Virus record (IMG/VR): IMGVR_UViG_3300010158_000053 | Location: 1 to 64,000 of that record | Strand: one strand, 5' to 3' | Length of the DNA: 64,000 bases | From: an uncultured virus (IMG/VR IMGVR_UViG_3300010158_000053) | Lineage: Duplodnaviria > Heunggongvirae > Uroviricota > Caudoviricetes | Shown here: positions 29,052 to 39,323 of the stretch, piece after piece | How the letters are laid out: each line of letters begins with the position of its first letter | Numbering within the stretch: the first letter of the stretch is position 1 | The notes under the pieces: generated by a model | The model's database searches: none | The model's input: only the letters and a program-made list of their open reading frames with translations | Told to the model about the DNA's origin: nothing | Program-made: the position numbers and the translations under genes

Positions 29052-32000
29052 AGAAGAATAAGTGAGTTAGACGACCAGTGTCGTTGTTTTGTCCAAAGTA
29101 AGTTCCTGCTGAATGAATGTTTTGTGCATCCATTATAACAAGTCTATTATACAGGTTTCCTGCGTCCGCCACAACTTCAAATTTTGTAGCATCTAAAAAT
29201 CCCCCACTAAATGCATCATTGATATTTGGATCATTCATATGTGCGGCTTGATTGATTTTTGAACGCATTAATCTTGTTCCGCTTTCAATAGGAGCATTAG
29301 GTGTCAAATAAATCATAGCAGCCCACTTTTGTAAATCGTGATGATAAACTTGTGGGTCATTTGCTGTGGTTATTTGAAAACAACCGTTAGGCATAGATTG
29401 ATCAAATTTAACAATTTTTTGTCCTATAATATTTTCAAATGCTTCCACAATGCCTGGTGGATGGTAATGCTGCGTAGATCTCTTTCCCTTGTACCATTTA
29501 ATATCTTCCTTAAATTCTACATTCAAAGCAAATTCTCTAATCTGATCTGGATTTGAATAAAAGTTGTCTACTACAAACAATTTTTTATCTAATTGTGTAT
29601 TAATCATAAATGGATTTAATTTTTGTGGTAAGTTTGATTTTGCAATATCATGGAGTGATTGCACATAATTTCCAGTGTCAACATAAGCGTTAGAATTAAT
29701 CATTAGATGGTATGTAGGAAACGGATTCTTTCTATTTGGATCAACTAATCTAGTTGTAATTTCTAGCATCTTATCATATTGTTGTTGTTGATTATAAATC
29801 TCTGCCAACGCAACTAAATGATCATTGCGCTCAGGCGCAAATTGTTCGCTTAATATTAAATTTTCAATAGCACTATCAATATCGCCAATAAACTTTTGAT
29901 CAGAGCTTAAAAATATCAATGCCATATAGGCCATTTCGTGAATACCGTTAGCAGTTTTGGTATTACTAAAATCGTGAGTGGTGTTCAAATATTCAGTAAA
30001 ATAATAGATACAACGTCTAGAAAATTCTATCTGTTGTGAACTACCTAGAGGAAACGATCCTTGACGAGCATCATGATAACTCTTGCCAATATACCAAAAG
30101 TGATACAAGTCAGTTAATATAGAATTTTCCTTGATCATCTTTTCTTCAAGAATCAATGCATCGCTAATAAATTTAGTAGGGTTGCTCCAACTTTGTCCTT
30201 GTGGAAATCCAATTTGTCTAATTTTATTAGGTAAATCATATCTTTGAAAATTTTCGCCAATACCTTCAATAGGGCAATAGCTTGTTTCGTGACAGGGATC
30301 GTGGTTAAATCTCCAGGGCATATGTGCATTCCACATCCAAGCACGATAATAAATTGAGCTACCTGTAATAGCAGTAATATGGAAAGAATGGATTGACAAA
30401 TCTTCAAATGGTGTCCAATCCATGTCTTCGTCAACCTCTAATACTTCGTCACAGTCCATTTTTAAGATCCAATCACACCCATGATTGGTATTTTGTGTGT
30501 ACTGCATCAAATGATCTCGGTTCCATCCAAATCCTTGCCAACCCTCTTCAACATTGTATAATATACCAGGAATATTTTTATCAGCAAAGAATTCTCGAAC
30601 AATTTCGTCGGTACCGTCAGTTGAACCATTATTTTGTATTACATAATAGTCTATATATTTGTAGCAAGATTCGAGCATTCTTTTTATAACAGTTGCTTCG
30701 TTCCTAAACATTGTATTCATTACAATTTTAGGTTTTTTGCTCAATGTTTTTTTCTTAATAACTATTGCCAAATCATCAAATCGGCCTTTGAGGTGCCTAT
30801 AATCTTCTACAACATAATCGTAATTTTTAGGTATAGAGTTTATAATAAGTTGAAGATTTTCAGTACTTGTAATATCTTCAATAATTAAAACACCATTGTC
30901 AGTCAGCGTATCTAAATATAATTCAACACATTTTATTTGACTTTCCACTGTATGTGGCCCGTCATCAATAATAACATCAAATCCTTGGGGATATAAATCT
31001 TTAATTTGATTTTTTACTTCTATGTGATATGCATCAGTGATAATATATCTAGTTTTGGTAAAATCTAAATTTTGTCTATTTTTAATAGATAATTTATTTT
31101 CTATATCAACTAAACAAAAATCAAAATTAGGTAGTAAATTACTCCATAAAACTGAAGATCCACCACCCCAAACGCCAATCTCCAGTAGCGTGCCTTTCTT
31201 ATCTATATAATTGTTAAGATATTTCCCATATAGTTTATCATAAGAATGCCAGTCTGCTTTATCTGTGCCGTTTTCTAAATTATTTCCCCAACCATTAATT
31301 TGAAATTTATTAAGTATTTCTACAATTTTATCTTCACAGTTAGTTTGTATTGTTTGATTATCTGTCATTTCTTGTTTTATATAAAATTCTTTTGGGTAAT
31401 TAAAATTGTAATATTCTACGCAATTAAAATTAAATTGTGAATGAGCGCGGGGATTACCAGTCCCTATCCATTTCTCACTTTGCCACCGTGCTAGACCGTT
31501 AGTGTTGTCGTATAAAAAGTTTGTATCTAATGTAGAAATATACTGGCTATTTGCCCACCAAAAATTGCCTGCGTAAAATAATCCAGGTATTACAATATCG
31601 TTGTGGTAAGACGTATCCAGCAATTCTACACTTGTACAATCGTATTCATTGAGATATTGTACACTATCTTTCCAGTTTACTATATTAAAATATTCTAAAT
31701 ATTTTCTCCAAGCAATAACATTATCGTTAAAAGGAGAATTTATACCGTGTGTAACACCCTTGCTATGAAAAAACAAAATCTTATAATCACGATTTTCTTG
31801 GCTAAAATTCCACAAAGATTCTAAGGTGTTGGCTTCCAACACATGATCTGAATTATATTTAATTCTCGATTTATTAAAAACTTTTGGTAATGGTAAATTG
31901 CCATTGATGCCTATGTGAATAAATTCACAAGCATCATACAATCCGTTGGCAACGAGAAGATTCATATGCTCTAAATACAGTTCCTCCCAATTTCCCAATT

Positions 32001-32052
32001 GGCCCAAATGATAAAATATTGCTATTTTAGGCAAATTAATTTTTATATTCAT
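29044..32052 (-). CDS. Multidomain protein: glycosyltransferase-like + methyltransferase + GT2 + TPR-like + 2OG-Fe(II) oxygenase-like
   Basis: FHSKG/AGNFWW; LEIGVWGG/IIDDGPH; MFRNEA/MDCDE; VVDNFY...HHD...YLTP...NRLVI...HS...RLTHLFFF. Confidence 0.7.
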   Translation of the reverse strand: MNIKINLPKIAIFYHLGQLGNWEELYLEHMNLLVANGLYDACEFIHIGINGNLPLPKVFNKSRIKYNSDHVLEANTLESLWNFSQENRDYKILFFHSKGVTHGINSPFNDNVIAWRKYLEYFNIVNWKDSVQYLNEYDCTSVELLDTSYHNDIVIPGLFYAGNFWWANSQYISTLDTNFLYDNTNGLARWQSEKWIGTGNPRAHSQFNFNCVEYYNFNYPKEFYIKQEMTDNQTIQTNCEDKIVEILNKFQINGWGNNLENGTDKADWHSYDKLYGKYLNNYIDKKGTLLEIGVWGGGSSVLWSNLLPNFDFCLVDIENKLSIKNRQNLDFTKTRYIITDAYHIEVKNQIKDLYPQGFDVIIDDGPHTVESQIKCVELYLDTLTDNGVLIIEDITSTENLQLIINSIPKNYDYVVEDYRHLKGRFDDLAIVIKKKTLSKKPKIVMNTMFRNEATVIKRMLESCYKYIDYYVIQNNGSTDGTDEIVREFFADKNIPGILYNVEEGWQGFGWNRDHLMQYTQNTNHGCDWILKMDCDEVLEVDEDMDWTPFEDLSIHSFHITAITGSSIYYRAWMWNAHMPWRFNHDPCHETSYCPIEGIGENFQRYDLPNKIRQIGFPQGQSWSNPTKFISDALILEEKMIKENSILTDLYHFWYIGKSYHDARQGSFPLGSSQQIEFSRRCIYYFTEYLNTTHDFSNTKTANGIHEMAYMALIFLSSDQKFIGDIDSAIENLILSEQFAPERNDHLVALAEIYNQQQQYDKMLEITTRLVDPNRKNPFPTYHLMINSNAYVDTGNYVQSLHDIAKSNLPQKLNPFMINTQLDKKLFVVDNFYSNPDQIREFALNVEFKEDIKWYKGKRSTQHYHPPGIVEAFENIIGQKIVKFDQSMPNGCFQITTANDPQVYHHDLQKWAAMIYLTPNAPIESGTRLMRSKINQAAHMNDPNINDAFSGGFLDATKFEVVADAGNLYNRLVIMDAQNIHSAGTYFGQNNDTGRLTHLFFFD

Positions 32053-32657
32053 TGATTAATTTTTGGAAAAGAAACTCTAGTATCATTAACTAATTTGGTT
32101 AGCATTCTAGATGGGTGTAAATTTTCGTAGGCTTGATCTTTGATAAAAACAGAATTCCAATCAACCCAGCCTCCCTCGTTTACATTGGCATTATAGATAT
32201 ATGTTTCTAGCATTTTTACAGGAATTTTATTATATCGTCCCCAAGTTTCTAAACCTTGGCCTGCATCAGGATTAAATCTCCAACAATCAACGGGCCAAGC
32301 ATGGTATGGCCAAACTGATGGTGCGCTGCAATACATTATACCTGTTGGTTTTAAAATACGTAAACATTCCATAAATGTTAACCAAAACATTGAAGAATGT
32401 TCAAAACACGACGATGTTATTAACACATCAAATGTGTTATCTGCAAAAGGATATACAAACGGATCTGACAATACAACATCCACGCCGTTGCCTGCTGCAA
32501 AATCCACCCCAACATATTCAACAACATTTGGTGTAATATGATCTTTCAAAGAACCATTTACATTTTGTGATCCAATTTCAACTACTGAAATATTTCCTAA
32601 ACGGGCGCAGTATGTATCAAAAAAGAGTTTTGCTGCTTTGTATGCGGAATCGTGCAT
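32049..32657 (-). CDS. Class I SAM-dependent methyltransferase
   Basis: VEIGSQNVNG, FDVLITSSCFEH, LKPTG, HAWPVDCWRF. Confidence 0.82.
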   Translation of the reverse strand: MHDSAYKAAKLFFDTYCARLGNISVVEIGSQNVNGSLKDHITPNVVEYVGVDFAAGNGVDVVLSDPFVYPFADNTFDVLITSSCFEHSSMFWLTFMECLRILKPTGIMYCSAPSVWPYHAWPVDCWRFNPDAGQGLETWGRYNKIPVKMLETYIYNANVNEGGWVDWNSVFIKDQAYENLHPSRMLTKLVNDTRVSFPKINQ

Positions 32658-32702
32658 TCTGTTCTTTCCTAAATTTAAATATATTTTTATTAATATACTT
32701 GT

Positions 32703-33719
32703 TTATCTTTTTAACTGATCGGCCAATGCAAAACTGGCAATGTTTTTTCCTTTAGATTCGCACATAATATCAAACTTATCATTAAATGATAAAGCCCAAT
32801 CATTTACAGATTTATTCCAATAAAAATCACTGTGTGCCCTAAGTTTTTGTTTTTTGTAGCCTTGTGCAAGTAATGCAGAATGATCTGGCATTACAATAGT
32901 GTCATGACCCACGAGGTAATCTTCACGGCTAACAGAATAGTGCATAGTAGGCCGGATACCACGCCAAGACTGAATAACCCGATCGACACGAGCGTCCACG
33001 GGCGAAATGTAATCGCCTGTTTTGATCCAATTGTGATGCACATCCAAAACGATAGGCACCAAGTCACTAATAGAAAGACAATCATCTAATCCCCAAGCAT
33101 TTTCTTCATTTTCAATTGTGATGCAATTTCTTGCTTCATTACTAAGTCGGTCATATGCGGCACGAATACCATCTGGACCCAACTTGCCAGAAATGTGTAC
33201 ATTAATTTTAAAATCTTGAAACGTTTTACCGTAGCCCATCCACCGTGCCATACTAGCGTGGTATTCAAATTCTTCTATTGAACGTTGTACAATACCCGGA
33301 TTGACGCTTGCTAGAACAACAAACTGGCCTGGATGCATACTAAGCCTGACATCATTGGCACGAGCAATATCACCCACTACTGCAAAGTTACGCTCGAGAT
33401 AATCAATAACATCTGGACGTAACCAAAAATAACTCCAATTAGCGTGGGTATAAGCAGGTAGAATATCACTGCTTATACGCACCATACGCAAATGTGGGTC
33501 TAATGTGGAAACTCGTTCAACCAACTTACGAACAGATTCAATGTTTTGGACCATAAGATCCCAGAGTTTTTGTTCAGCAACATCTTTAGTTTGTCTGTCA
33601 AGCCAGGTGATTGTAGTGCCGCCTGTAGTATATTGTTTGGCATCGTCGTTAGCACCAACACCGTCAACTTGATCTGGACGATCAATCCACTTACACGCAA
33701 AACCAATACGTTTAATCAT
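32703..33719 (-). CDS. uvsE: UV-damage endonuclease UvsE/UVDE
   Basis: RIGFAC, RISSD, RLSMHPGQF, IENEE, LDVHH, RAHSD, ESKGK. Confidence 0.9.
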   Translation of the reverse strand: MIKRIGFACKWIDRPDQVDGVGANDDAKQYTTGGTTITWLDRQTKDVAEQKLWDLMVQNIESVRKLVERVSTLDPHLRMVRISSDILPAYTHANWSYFWLRPDVIDYLERNFAVVGDIARANDVRLSMHPGQFVVLASVNPGIVQRSIEEFEYHASMARWMGYGKTFQDFKINVHISGKLGPDGIRAAYDRLSNEARNCITIENEENAWGLDDCLSISDLVPIVLDVHHNWIKTGDYISPVDARVDRVIQSWRGIRPTMHYSVSREDYLVGHDTIVMPDHSALLAQGYKKQKLRAHSDFYWNKSVNDWALSFNDKFDIMCESKGKNIASFALADQLKR

Positions 33720-33882
33720 TAATAACTTTCTGAATAGACCATGAACCGTCTTTGTTGTCAACCCATTCCAATGTATCGGCTTCTTTCCAACCAACTTGAT
33801 CTAATAGTTCTTGAGGTAATGGCAGTACTAGATCACCGCTGCCATCATCTGCCTCTTCAACAGTTACCGTCCATTGGGTCAT
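33712..33882 (-). CDS. AbrB/MazE-like small protein (56 aa)
   Basis: MTQWTVTVEE..GDLVLPLPQELLDQVGWKEADTLEW. Confidence 0.6.
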   Translation of the reverse strand: MTQWTVTVEEADDGSGDLVLPLPQELLDQVGWKEADTLEWVDNKDGSWSIQKVIND

Positions 33883-34055
33883 TGTAGTCGAATGTCGTTA
33901 AGTTTTAAATTAATGAAAACAATGACTGCATCAAATGTAGCCCAAAAATAACTTCCATTAGTTAAGTTGTCAATACACGATAGAGACAACCAACCAATAA
34001 TAAACCAAGTAATTGCATCTTGATTTCGAACATACCAATTACGAAATTCGCTCAT
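33879..34055 (-). CDS. Small membrane protein (58 aa)
   Basis: AGGAG RBS; two hydrophobic segments. Confidence 0.6.
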   Translation of the reverse strand: MSEFRNWYVRNQDAITWFIIGWLSLSCIDNLTNGSYFWATFDAVIVFINLKLNDIRLQ

Positions 34056-34079
34056 AATAACTCCTTGTAAAACACTATT

Positions 34080-35006
34080 TTACACTATTTTACGGAAATA
34101 GTCAATCGTATCAACTAGACCATTTGCCAATATCACTGATGGTTCCCAATTCAATATCATCTTAGCCTTGGTAATATCAGGTTTCCGTTGTTTTGGATCA
34201 TCTTGTGGTAGTGGCAAGTAAATGATTTTACTGGCACTATTAGTCATCTCAATAACAGTTTCGGCCAGTTCTTTGATAGTAAATTCTCCAGGATTGCCAA
34301 TATTAATTGGACCGTGTTCATTACTGGCCATAAGTGACATCATACCATCCAAATTATCTTCAAAATAACAAAAACTACGAGTTTGACCACCATCGCCGTA
34401 AATTGTGATATCTTCCCCGCGTAGGGCTTGAACGATAAAATTACTAACTACTCGTCCATCGCCTATGGCCATTCTTGGACCGTAGGTATTGAAGATACGC
34501 ATAATCTTTACATCAACATTGTGTTTACGATGGTAATCCATAAACAGGGTTTCAGCAGCACGTTTGCCTTCATCGTAGCAACTACGAATGCCGATTGGAT
34601 TTACATTGCCCCAATATTCTTCTGGTTGCGGATGTACAGTAGGATCGCCGTAACATTCGCTGGTACTGGCCTGTAAAATCCTAGCACCAGTTCGTTTGGC
34701 CAGACCCAACATATTGAACGCACCGATGACACTAGTCTTCATTGTCTGTATTGGATCGTGCTGATAATGTTGTGGACTTGCGGGACAGGCTAAATTGTAA
34801 ATTTCATCTACTTCAACATATAGTGGGATACAAATATCTTGACGAATAATTTCAAAATTTTTGCAGTCAAGTAAATGTTCGATATTTTTTTTGCTGCCTG
34901 TAAAATAATTGTCCACACAAAGAACGTGATGACCTTGTGCAACTAATCTATCACACAGGTGGCTACCAAGAAATCCAGCACCACCAGTTACTAGGATTTT
35001 TTTCAT
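34080..35006 (-). CDS. UDP-glucuronate decarboxylase (UDP-xylose synthase)-like SDR
   Basis: [40 protein letters not shown]. Confidence 0.9.
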   Translation of the reverse strand: MKKILVTGGAGFLGSHLCDRLVAQGHHVLCVDNYFTGSKKNIEHLLDCKNFEIIRQDICIPLYVEVDEIYNLACPASPQHYQHDPIQTMKTSVIGAFNMLGLAKRTGARILQASTSECYGDPTVHPQPEEYWGNVNPIGIRSCYDEGKRAAETLFMDYHRKHNVDVKIMRIFNTYGPRMAIGDGRVVSNFIVQALRGEDITIYGDGGQTRSFCYFEDNLDGMMSLMASNEHGPINIGNPGEFTIKELAETVIEMTNSASKIIYLPLPQDDPKQRKPDITKAKMILNWEPSVILANGLVDTIDYFRKIV

Positions 35007-35782
35007 AGTTTGCTGATTGCTTCTTTCAAAGCATCTGCAATTGGACGAATTGGAAACACCGCCTGTAATTTATCCGTTGATAAAATACAGTTACTTCGCG
35101 GAGCAACAACTGCATTAACAAATTCATCTTCAGTGAAGAATTCTTTTTCAATGCCCATCATACTGACAATTTCTTGAGCATTACTAAATCCAGGATTACA
35201 TACATTGTAAATTCCTGTAGGTATAGTTTGATCAACTGCCATCTTTACTGCAACGGCAGCAACATCCGGCATATAACTCAAACTGTTATCGTAACTGATC
35301 AATTTGTTGTACTTCTTCATTTTGGTCAAGAAGTTTTTAGGATGTTCGTAATCACCAAATGGCATACGAATACGCAACAAATAACTCTTGTGCATAAATG
35401 GCTCAAGCATTTTCTGACCAAGTGATTTTGATCCGCTATAAAAACTTCCATTATCAAAATTGAAGTTAGGCTCGTCTAGTTCAGTAAAATGTTTATCATA
35501 CCCTGTATAAACACACCCACTGCTGATATGCACAATAGGAATATTAGGATTTGCCAATTCAAGTTGTACTGGCCAAATCACATTGCCACTAATTGTGTCT
35601 TGTTTGTAAATTTCACAAGCATCAACATTAGGTGCGCCAGTATATCCAGCAGCATTGATAATGACAGTTGTATCTTCAGGAAGTGCGTCCGTGTGACTAA
35701 TCCAATTATACGATCGTCGTTGATTGAAAAGTTCGTGGGAAATGTGATTGGCTACATAACCGTGTCCAATAAGAGTAATCAT
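35003..35782 (-). CDS. NDP-sugar epimerase/reductase (RmlD-like)
   Basis: [34 protein letters not shown]. Confidence 0.78.
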   Translation of the reverse strand: MITLIGHGYVANHISHELFNQRRSYNWISHTDALPEDTTVIINAAGYTGAPNVDACEIYKQDTISGNVIWPVQLELANPNIPIVHISSGCVYTGYDKHFTELDEPNFNFDNGSFYSGSKSLGQKMLEPFMHKSYLLRIRMPFGDYEHPKNFLTKMKKYNKLISYDNSLSYMPDVAAVAVKMAVDQTIPTGIYNVCNPGFSNAQEIVSMMGIEKEFFTEDEFVNAVVAPRSNCILSTDKLQAVFPIRPIADALKEAISKL

Positions 35783-36267
35783 TCTGGTGCCTTTATAAGT
35801 TCAGGTGAGTGTTGTGGTAAGTCGGCTTCTTTATTGCTGCCTATTTTTTTAGCATTTTCAAGTCTTGCTGTTCTTTCACGAAGTTCGCTAGAACCATAAA
35901 TGTGATCGCGCTTGTGATAATGTAATTCAATACCATTGTTCATACACCATTGCTTGCCGGTAAAGTCTCTATTCAAATATTCATCACTTAAAAAACGAAT
36001 GTGAATAGTTTGTGTTTGCAATAGTTGTAGTAGATCAAATTCAGTTTCATAAACTAAAATTTCATCTACATACTTACAGGCTTGCAATTGTACATAACGT
36101 TCATATGAACTTTGTACTGGTTTATTTTTAACACCAGGTCGATCAATAGTTGGATCAATTTGTAATGCAACTATCAAATAGTCACAAAGTTGTTTTTCCA
36201 TTTTGAGCATAGTAACGTGCCCTGCGTGTAATAAATCAAAACTGCTACAGTTAAAACCAATTTTCAT
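35779..36267 (-). CDS. Second TagD-like cytidylyltransferase
   Basis: FDLLHAGH, RDHIYGSSELR. Confidence 0.85.
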   Translation of the reverse strand: MKIGFNCSSFDLLHAGHVTMLKMEKQLCDYLIVALQIDPTIDRPGVKNKPVQSSYERYVQLQACKYVDEILVYETEFDLLQLLQTQTIHIRFLSDEYLNRDFTGKQWCMNNGIELHYHKRDHIYGSSELRERTARLENAKKIGSNKEADLPQHSPELIKAPE

Positions 36268-36410
36268 TTGTTATCCTTTTTATTTTCTTCTATTCCGTAT
36301 TGGCGATACAACCAAGCAATAAAATTTTCAATGTCTAATTTTGGCCCCACTTCTGTACCATAAACTTTATATGCCAATGTTACTTTTTCTAACCATTCTT
36401 TATCTAACAT
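36264..36410 (-). CDS. Small hypothetical protein (48 aa)
   Basis: Fills gap, ATGA overlap. Confidence 0.55.
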   Translation of the reverse strand: MLDKEWLEKVTLAYKVYGTEVGPKLDIENFIAWLYRQYGIEENKKDNK

Positions 36411-36413
36411 AGA

Positions 36414-36896
36414 TCAATCCTGAAATTCATTGTCCTCGCGGTGTCCTTGACGACCGGCCATATTGCTATCAGTTTCACGAACTTCTACTTTACAGCACCA
36501 AACACGTTGGGCTTCTTCACTACCACAGTTGGGTAAAAAGATTGTGTTTACATATTCATACAAGAAGTCAGCAAGTCCTTCGCAGCCAGTCTTTTCAACT
36601 TCTGTAATTTTAGCAAGTTTCAAACGACCAAGTTCCAACAAGTGTTCACGCATTGGATCATCTTGTGCGACCAACAAAGTATGATCAAACCACTCTTCAA
36701 GATTTGCCTTAAGTGGTTTCAACCCGCCAAAGTCTGTACACCAGTTTCTAGCATCAAGTGTATCACACTCAAATTCAAAGTGGAAACTCATTGCGTAACC
36801 GTGAATTAGATTACAGTGACTTTGGGCACGCCATTGACGATATGCAACGGGGCCGATTTGCTTGTATGTTTTTGTACTGAAATATTTCTTTGCCAT
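36414..36896 (-). CDS. queD: QueD/6-pyruvoyl-tetrahydropterin synthase-like
   Basis: CNLIHGY, DFGGLK, FDHT, E, VRET motifs. Confidence 0.85.
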   Translation of the reverse strand: MAKKYFSTKTYKQIGPVAYRQWRAQSHCNLIHGYAMSFHFEFECDTLDARNWCTDFGGLKPLKANLEEWFDHTLLVAQDDPMREHLLELGRLKLAKITEVEKTGCEGLADFLYEYVNTIFLPNCGSEEAQRVWCCKVEVRETDSNMAGRQGHREDNEFQD

Positions 36897-36900
36897 TATG

Positions 36901-36968
36901 TTCTCCTATGTATAATTATAGCATAGGCGGCAGAGTTTGTATACCGGGATGAACGCCGAAGGCCGGTT
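36901..36968 (-). promoter_or_regulatory. Candidate preQ1-I-like riboswitch/pseudoknot with anti-SD hairpin
   Basis: ACCGG-CCUUCGGCGUUCAUC-CCGGU-AUACAAAC-UCUGCCG then CCUAUG..CAUAGG overlapping the AGGAG. Confidence 0.5.
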
Positions 36969-36972
36969 AACA

Positions 36973-37155
36973 CTATTTAAGTGTCTGTAATTCGTCTTTA
37001 ACTTTTTTGAGTTCTACGGAAATTTCTTCTATCATTGTTATTTCTATTCGATGACTGGAAATTACTTTTATCAGTGTATATATGAATAAAACCCAGCCTA
37101 CAAATCCTCCCAGGAATAGTAATGTTAGTATTAAATAATATTCCTGTATTGACAT
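36973..37155 (-). CDS. Small membrane protein
   Basis: 60 aa with TM segment. Confidence 0.6.
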   Translation of the reverse strand: MSIQEYYLILTLLFLGGFVGWVLFIYTLIKVISSHRIEITMIEEISVELKKVKDELQTLK

Positions 37156-37214
37156 AGTTATTTCCTAAAGTACATAATTATTTACTGTACTTTAGGATCA
37201 AGTTTAGTTATTGG

Positions 37215-37838
37215 TTAACGGCTTTGAACAACCTTATCGGCCAACCCGTATGCAACTGCTTCTTCAGCACTCAAGAATGTATCAAACTTCATAGTAGAAA
37301 ACATTTCTTCATAAGTTTTGCCAGCAGTATTGTGTTTGACATATAGTTCAGTTAAGCGTTTGTTAATACGTTGACTTTCTTCAAAACTACGTTTGGCATC
37401 TTCAAATTGCAGTTCTTGAACGTGTACACTGCCACTTGTACCACGTGTACCTGAACTAACACGATGTACCATTGTGCGTGATTCAGGCAATACAAATCGT
37501 TTACCGGCAGCACCTGCATTGGCAAGGAACGAGCCCATACTAGCGGCCTGTCCCATAACATAAGTACATACATCCGGTTTAACAAATTGCATTACATCAT
37601 AAACGCTAAGTCCAGCAGTAACTAATCCACCGGGGCTGTTAATGTACAAGTGAATGTCCTTTTCGCTGTCGGCACTTTCCAAATGTAGCAATTGTGCAAC
37701 TACAATGTTAGCACTATGATCATCAACTGGACCATTTAGGAAAACAATGCGCTCATTAAGCAAGCGACTAAAAATATCAAAAGCACGTTCGCCTTGACCG
37801 GTCTTCTCGACCACCATTGGGATTAGGTTATTATACAT
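37215..37838 (-). CDS. clpP: ATP-dependent Clp protease proteolytic subunit
   Basis: [28 protein letters not shown] (Ser), MVH (His), [10 protein letters not shown] (Asp). Confidence 0.93.
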   Translation of the reverse strand: MYNNLIPMVVEKTGQGERAFDIFSRLLNERIVFLNGPVDDHSANIVVAQLLHLESADSEKDIHLYINSPGGLVTAGLSVYDVMQFVKPDVCTYVMGQAASMGSFLANAGAAGKRFVLPESRTMVHRVSSGTRGTSGSVHVQELQFEDAKRSFEESQRINKRLTELYVKHNTAGKTYEEMFSTMKFDTFLSAEEAVAYGLADKVVQSR

Positions 37839-37851
37839 TATTTTTCCTTTG

Positions 37852-38091
37852 TTAATCTGTTAGTTGATTTTTAAATACTTCAAGTTGATCGATAAGATTT
37901 TGACAGCCTGATTTGGTCATAGTAAGTGTACTATATCCCATTTTCAAAGTCATATGTGTACATTCAGCAGTCATACCAATACTGTAAATGGAATCTGGTG
38001 TATGCTCTTCTTTGGCAGGTTCAATATATGGCACTGGCGCCGGAAACTTAACCACGTTACTGTAGTCAGGCTTTTTAAACCAATCAAACAT
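37852..38091 (-). CDS. Hypothetical protein
   Basis: 79 aa. Confidence 0.65.
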   Translation of the reverse strand: MFDWFKKPDYSNVVKFPAPVPYIEPAKEEHTPDSIYSIGMTAECTHMTLKMGYSTLTMTKSGCQNLIDQLEVFKNQLTD

Positions 38092-38516
38092 TATTGATAT
38101 TCCTTATCCATCTTAATATTAGACAACCCAGCAACTACTTGGAAATTATCCCAAGCAATCTTTGCGGCTGGATTATGTTCCAACTCACTGTCGGGCAAGC
38201 AGGTCTCCAACCAATACTCACTTCGGCGTAACGGATGTGCTCCAAACTTGCGGGGCTGATGAAACTTGCCTTGTTCCCACAAGTCAATACTAACTTGTCG
38301 AAACTTTGCTTCATCTTCAGGATTGTAAAAATCGTAATCTCTCCATTCGGCCGCACTCATCCCACCTTGGCAATATCCCGCCCAGATCCCACTCCACTGT
38401 TCGTCATTGTTAGGATCAAAGTTTGTACGGGCAATAACAACCAATACATCTTGCATATCCACTCGACCTTCAACAATGTCACGGATACAACGGCTGTAAC
38501 TAAGTCCAATTTTCAT
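38091..38516 (-). CDS. Hypothetical protein
   Basis: 141 aa. Confidence 0.7.
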   Translation of the reverse strand: MKIGLSYSRCIRDIVEGRVDMQDVLVVIARTNFDPNNDEQWSGIWAGYCQGGMSAAEWRDYDFYNPEDEAKFRQVSIDLWEQGKFHQPRKFGAHPLRRSEYWLETCLPDSELEHNPAAKIAWDNFQVVAGLSNIKMDKEYQ

Positions 38517-39070
38517 TCTGCATCTTTCAATAAACGAGCCTTGACACCTTCTGGATCACGCTCAAATTCTACCAACATTTCGCGCAATGCGTTATTGATG
38601 TACTCGTTAAGAGTAATATTTTGGCGGTGTGCGTTCAATGCTGCCTCCAACAATAGATCATTAGGGAGATCCAAAGGCACACTAATACAAGTGTCATAGT
38701 CCTCACCTGCCATAATGGCTTGCGCCTTTTCAATAAAGTCTTCTACAACTTCCAAATCCACATAGTCAACATCGTCCCACGCTTGATTGGCTAGAACACT
38801 TTTATGTTCAGCTTCCTTACGATGCTTTTCACGCTTGGTTTCCGCAATCATACGATATGCACGATCATTGGTATAGTCGTGTACGCACACTTCATATACC
38901 TTTTGGGTCTTTGTGCTGAAAATAATATCAAAACTGTATCCACCTGCGCCGTGAACACCATTCCAACTGCTTAGAATATAAGCATTTGGGCCGTAGCAAG
39001 TCCAACCATAAACACTACCTTCAGTGATTTTATAGTCTACCAATTCCATCCATTCTTTCATTGTGAGCAT
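38513..39070 (-). CDS. Hypothetical protein with possible C-terminal ribbon-helix-helix
   Basis: 185 aa; ...AALNAHRQNITLNEYINNALR. Confidence 0.65.
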   Translation of the reverse strand: MLTMKEWMELVDYKITEGSVYGWTCYGPNAYILSSWNGVHGAGGYSFDIIFSTKTQKVYEVCVHDYTNDRAYRMIAETKREKHRKEAEHKSVLANQAWDDVDYVDLEVVEDFIEKAQAIMAGEDYDTCISVPLDLPNDLLLEAALNAHRQNITLNEYINNALREMLVEFERDPEGVKARLLKDAE

Positions 39071-39071
39071 T

Positions 39072-39323
39072 TTATTTTCCTTCAGGGTAAAAATGTTGTT
39101 TAATTAATTGTACAGCAGATTCCTTGGTGCAGTCAACCACACTCTTATCAAAAGTTGTAATTGAACAATGTTTACTGGATTGTTCAATTAGTTCAATGCA
39201 CTGTTGAATAATGATGTCGCCAAATTTAATAATTGCTTCTTGATCATACTTGTCCATTTTGTCCCAACAGCCACTGGCCGTTAGGCCAGCACTGTATAGT
39301 TGACTATCGAACTTGTCGTTCAT
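39072..39323 (-). CDS. Hypothetical protein (IKQHF family)
   Basis: 83 aa. Confidence 0.65.
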   Translation of the reverse strand: MNDKFDSQLYSAGLTASGCWDKMDKYDQEAIIKFGDIIIQQCIELIEQSSKHCSITTFDKSVVDCTKESAVQLIKQHFYPEGK

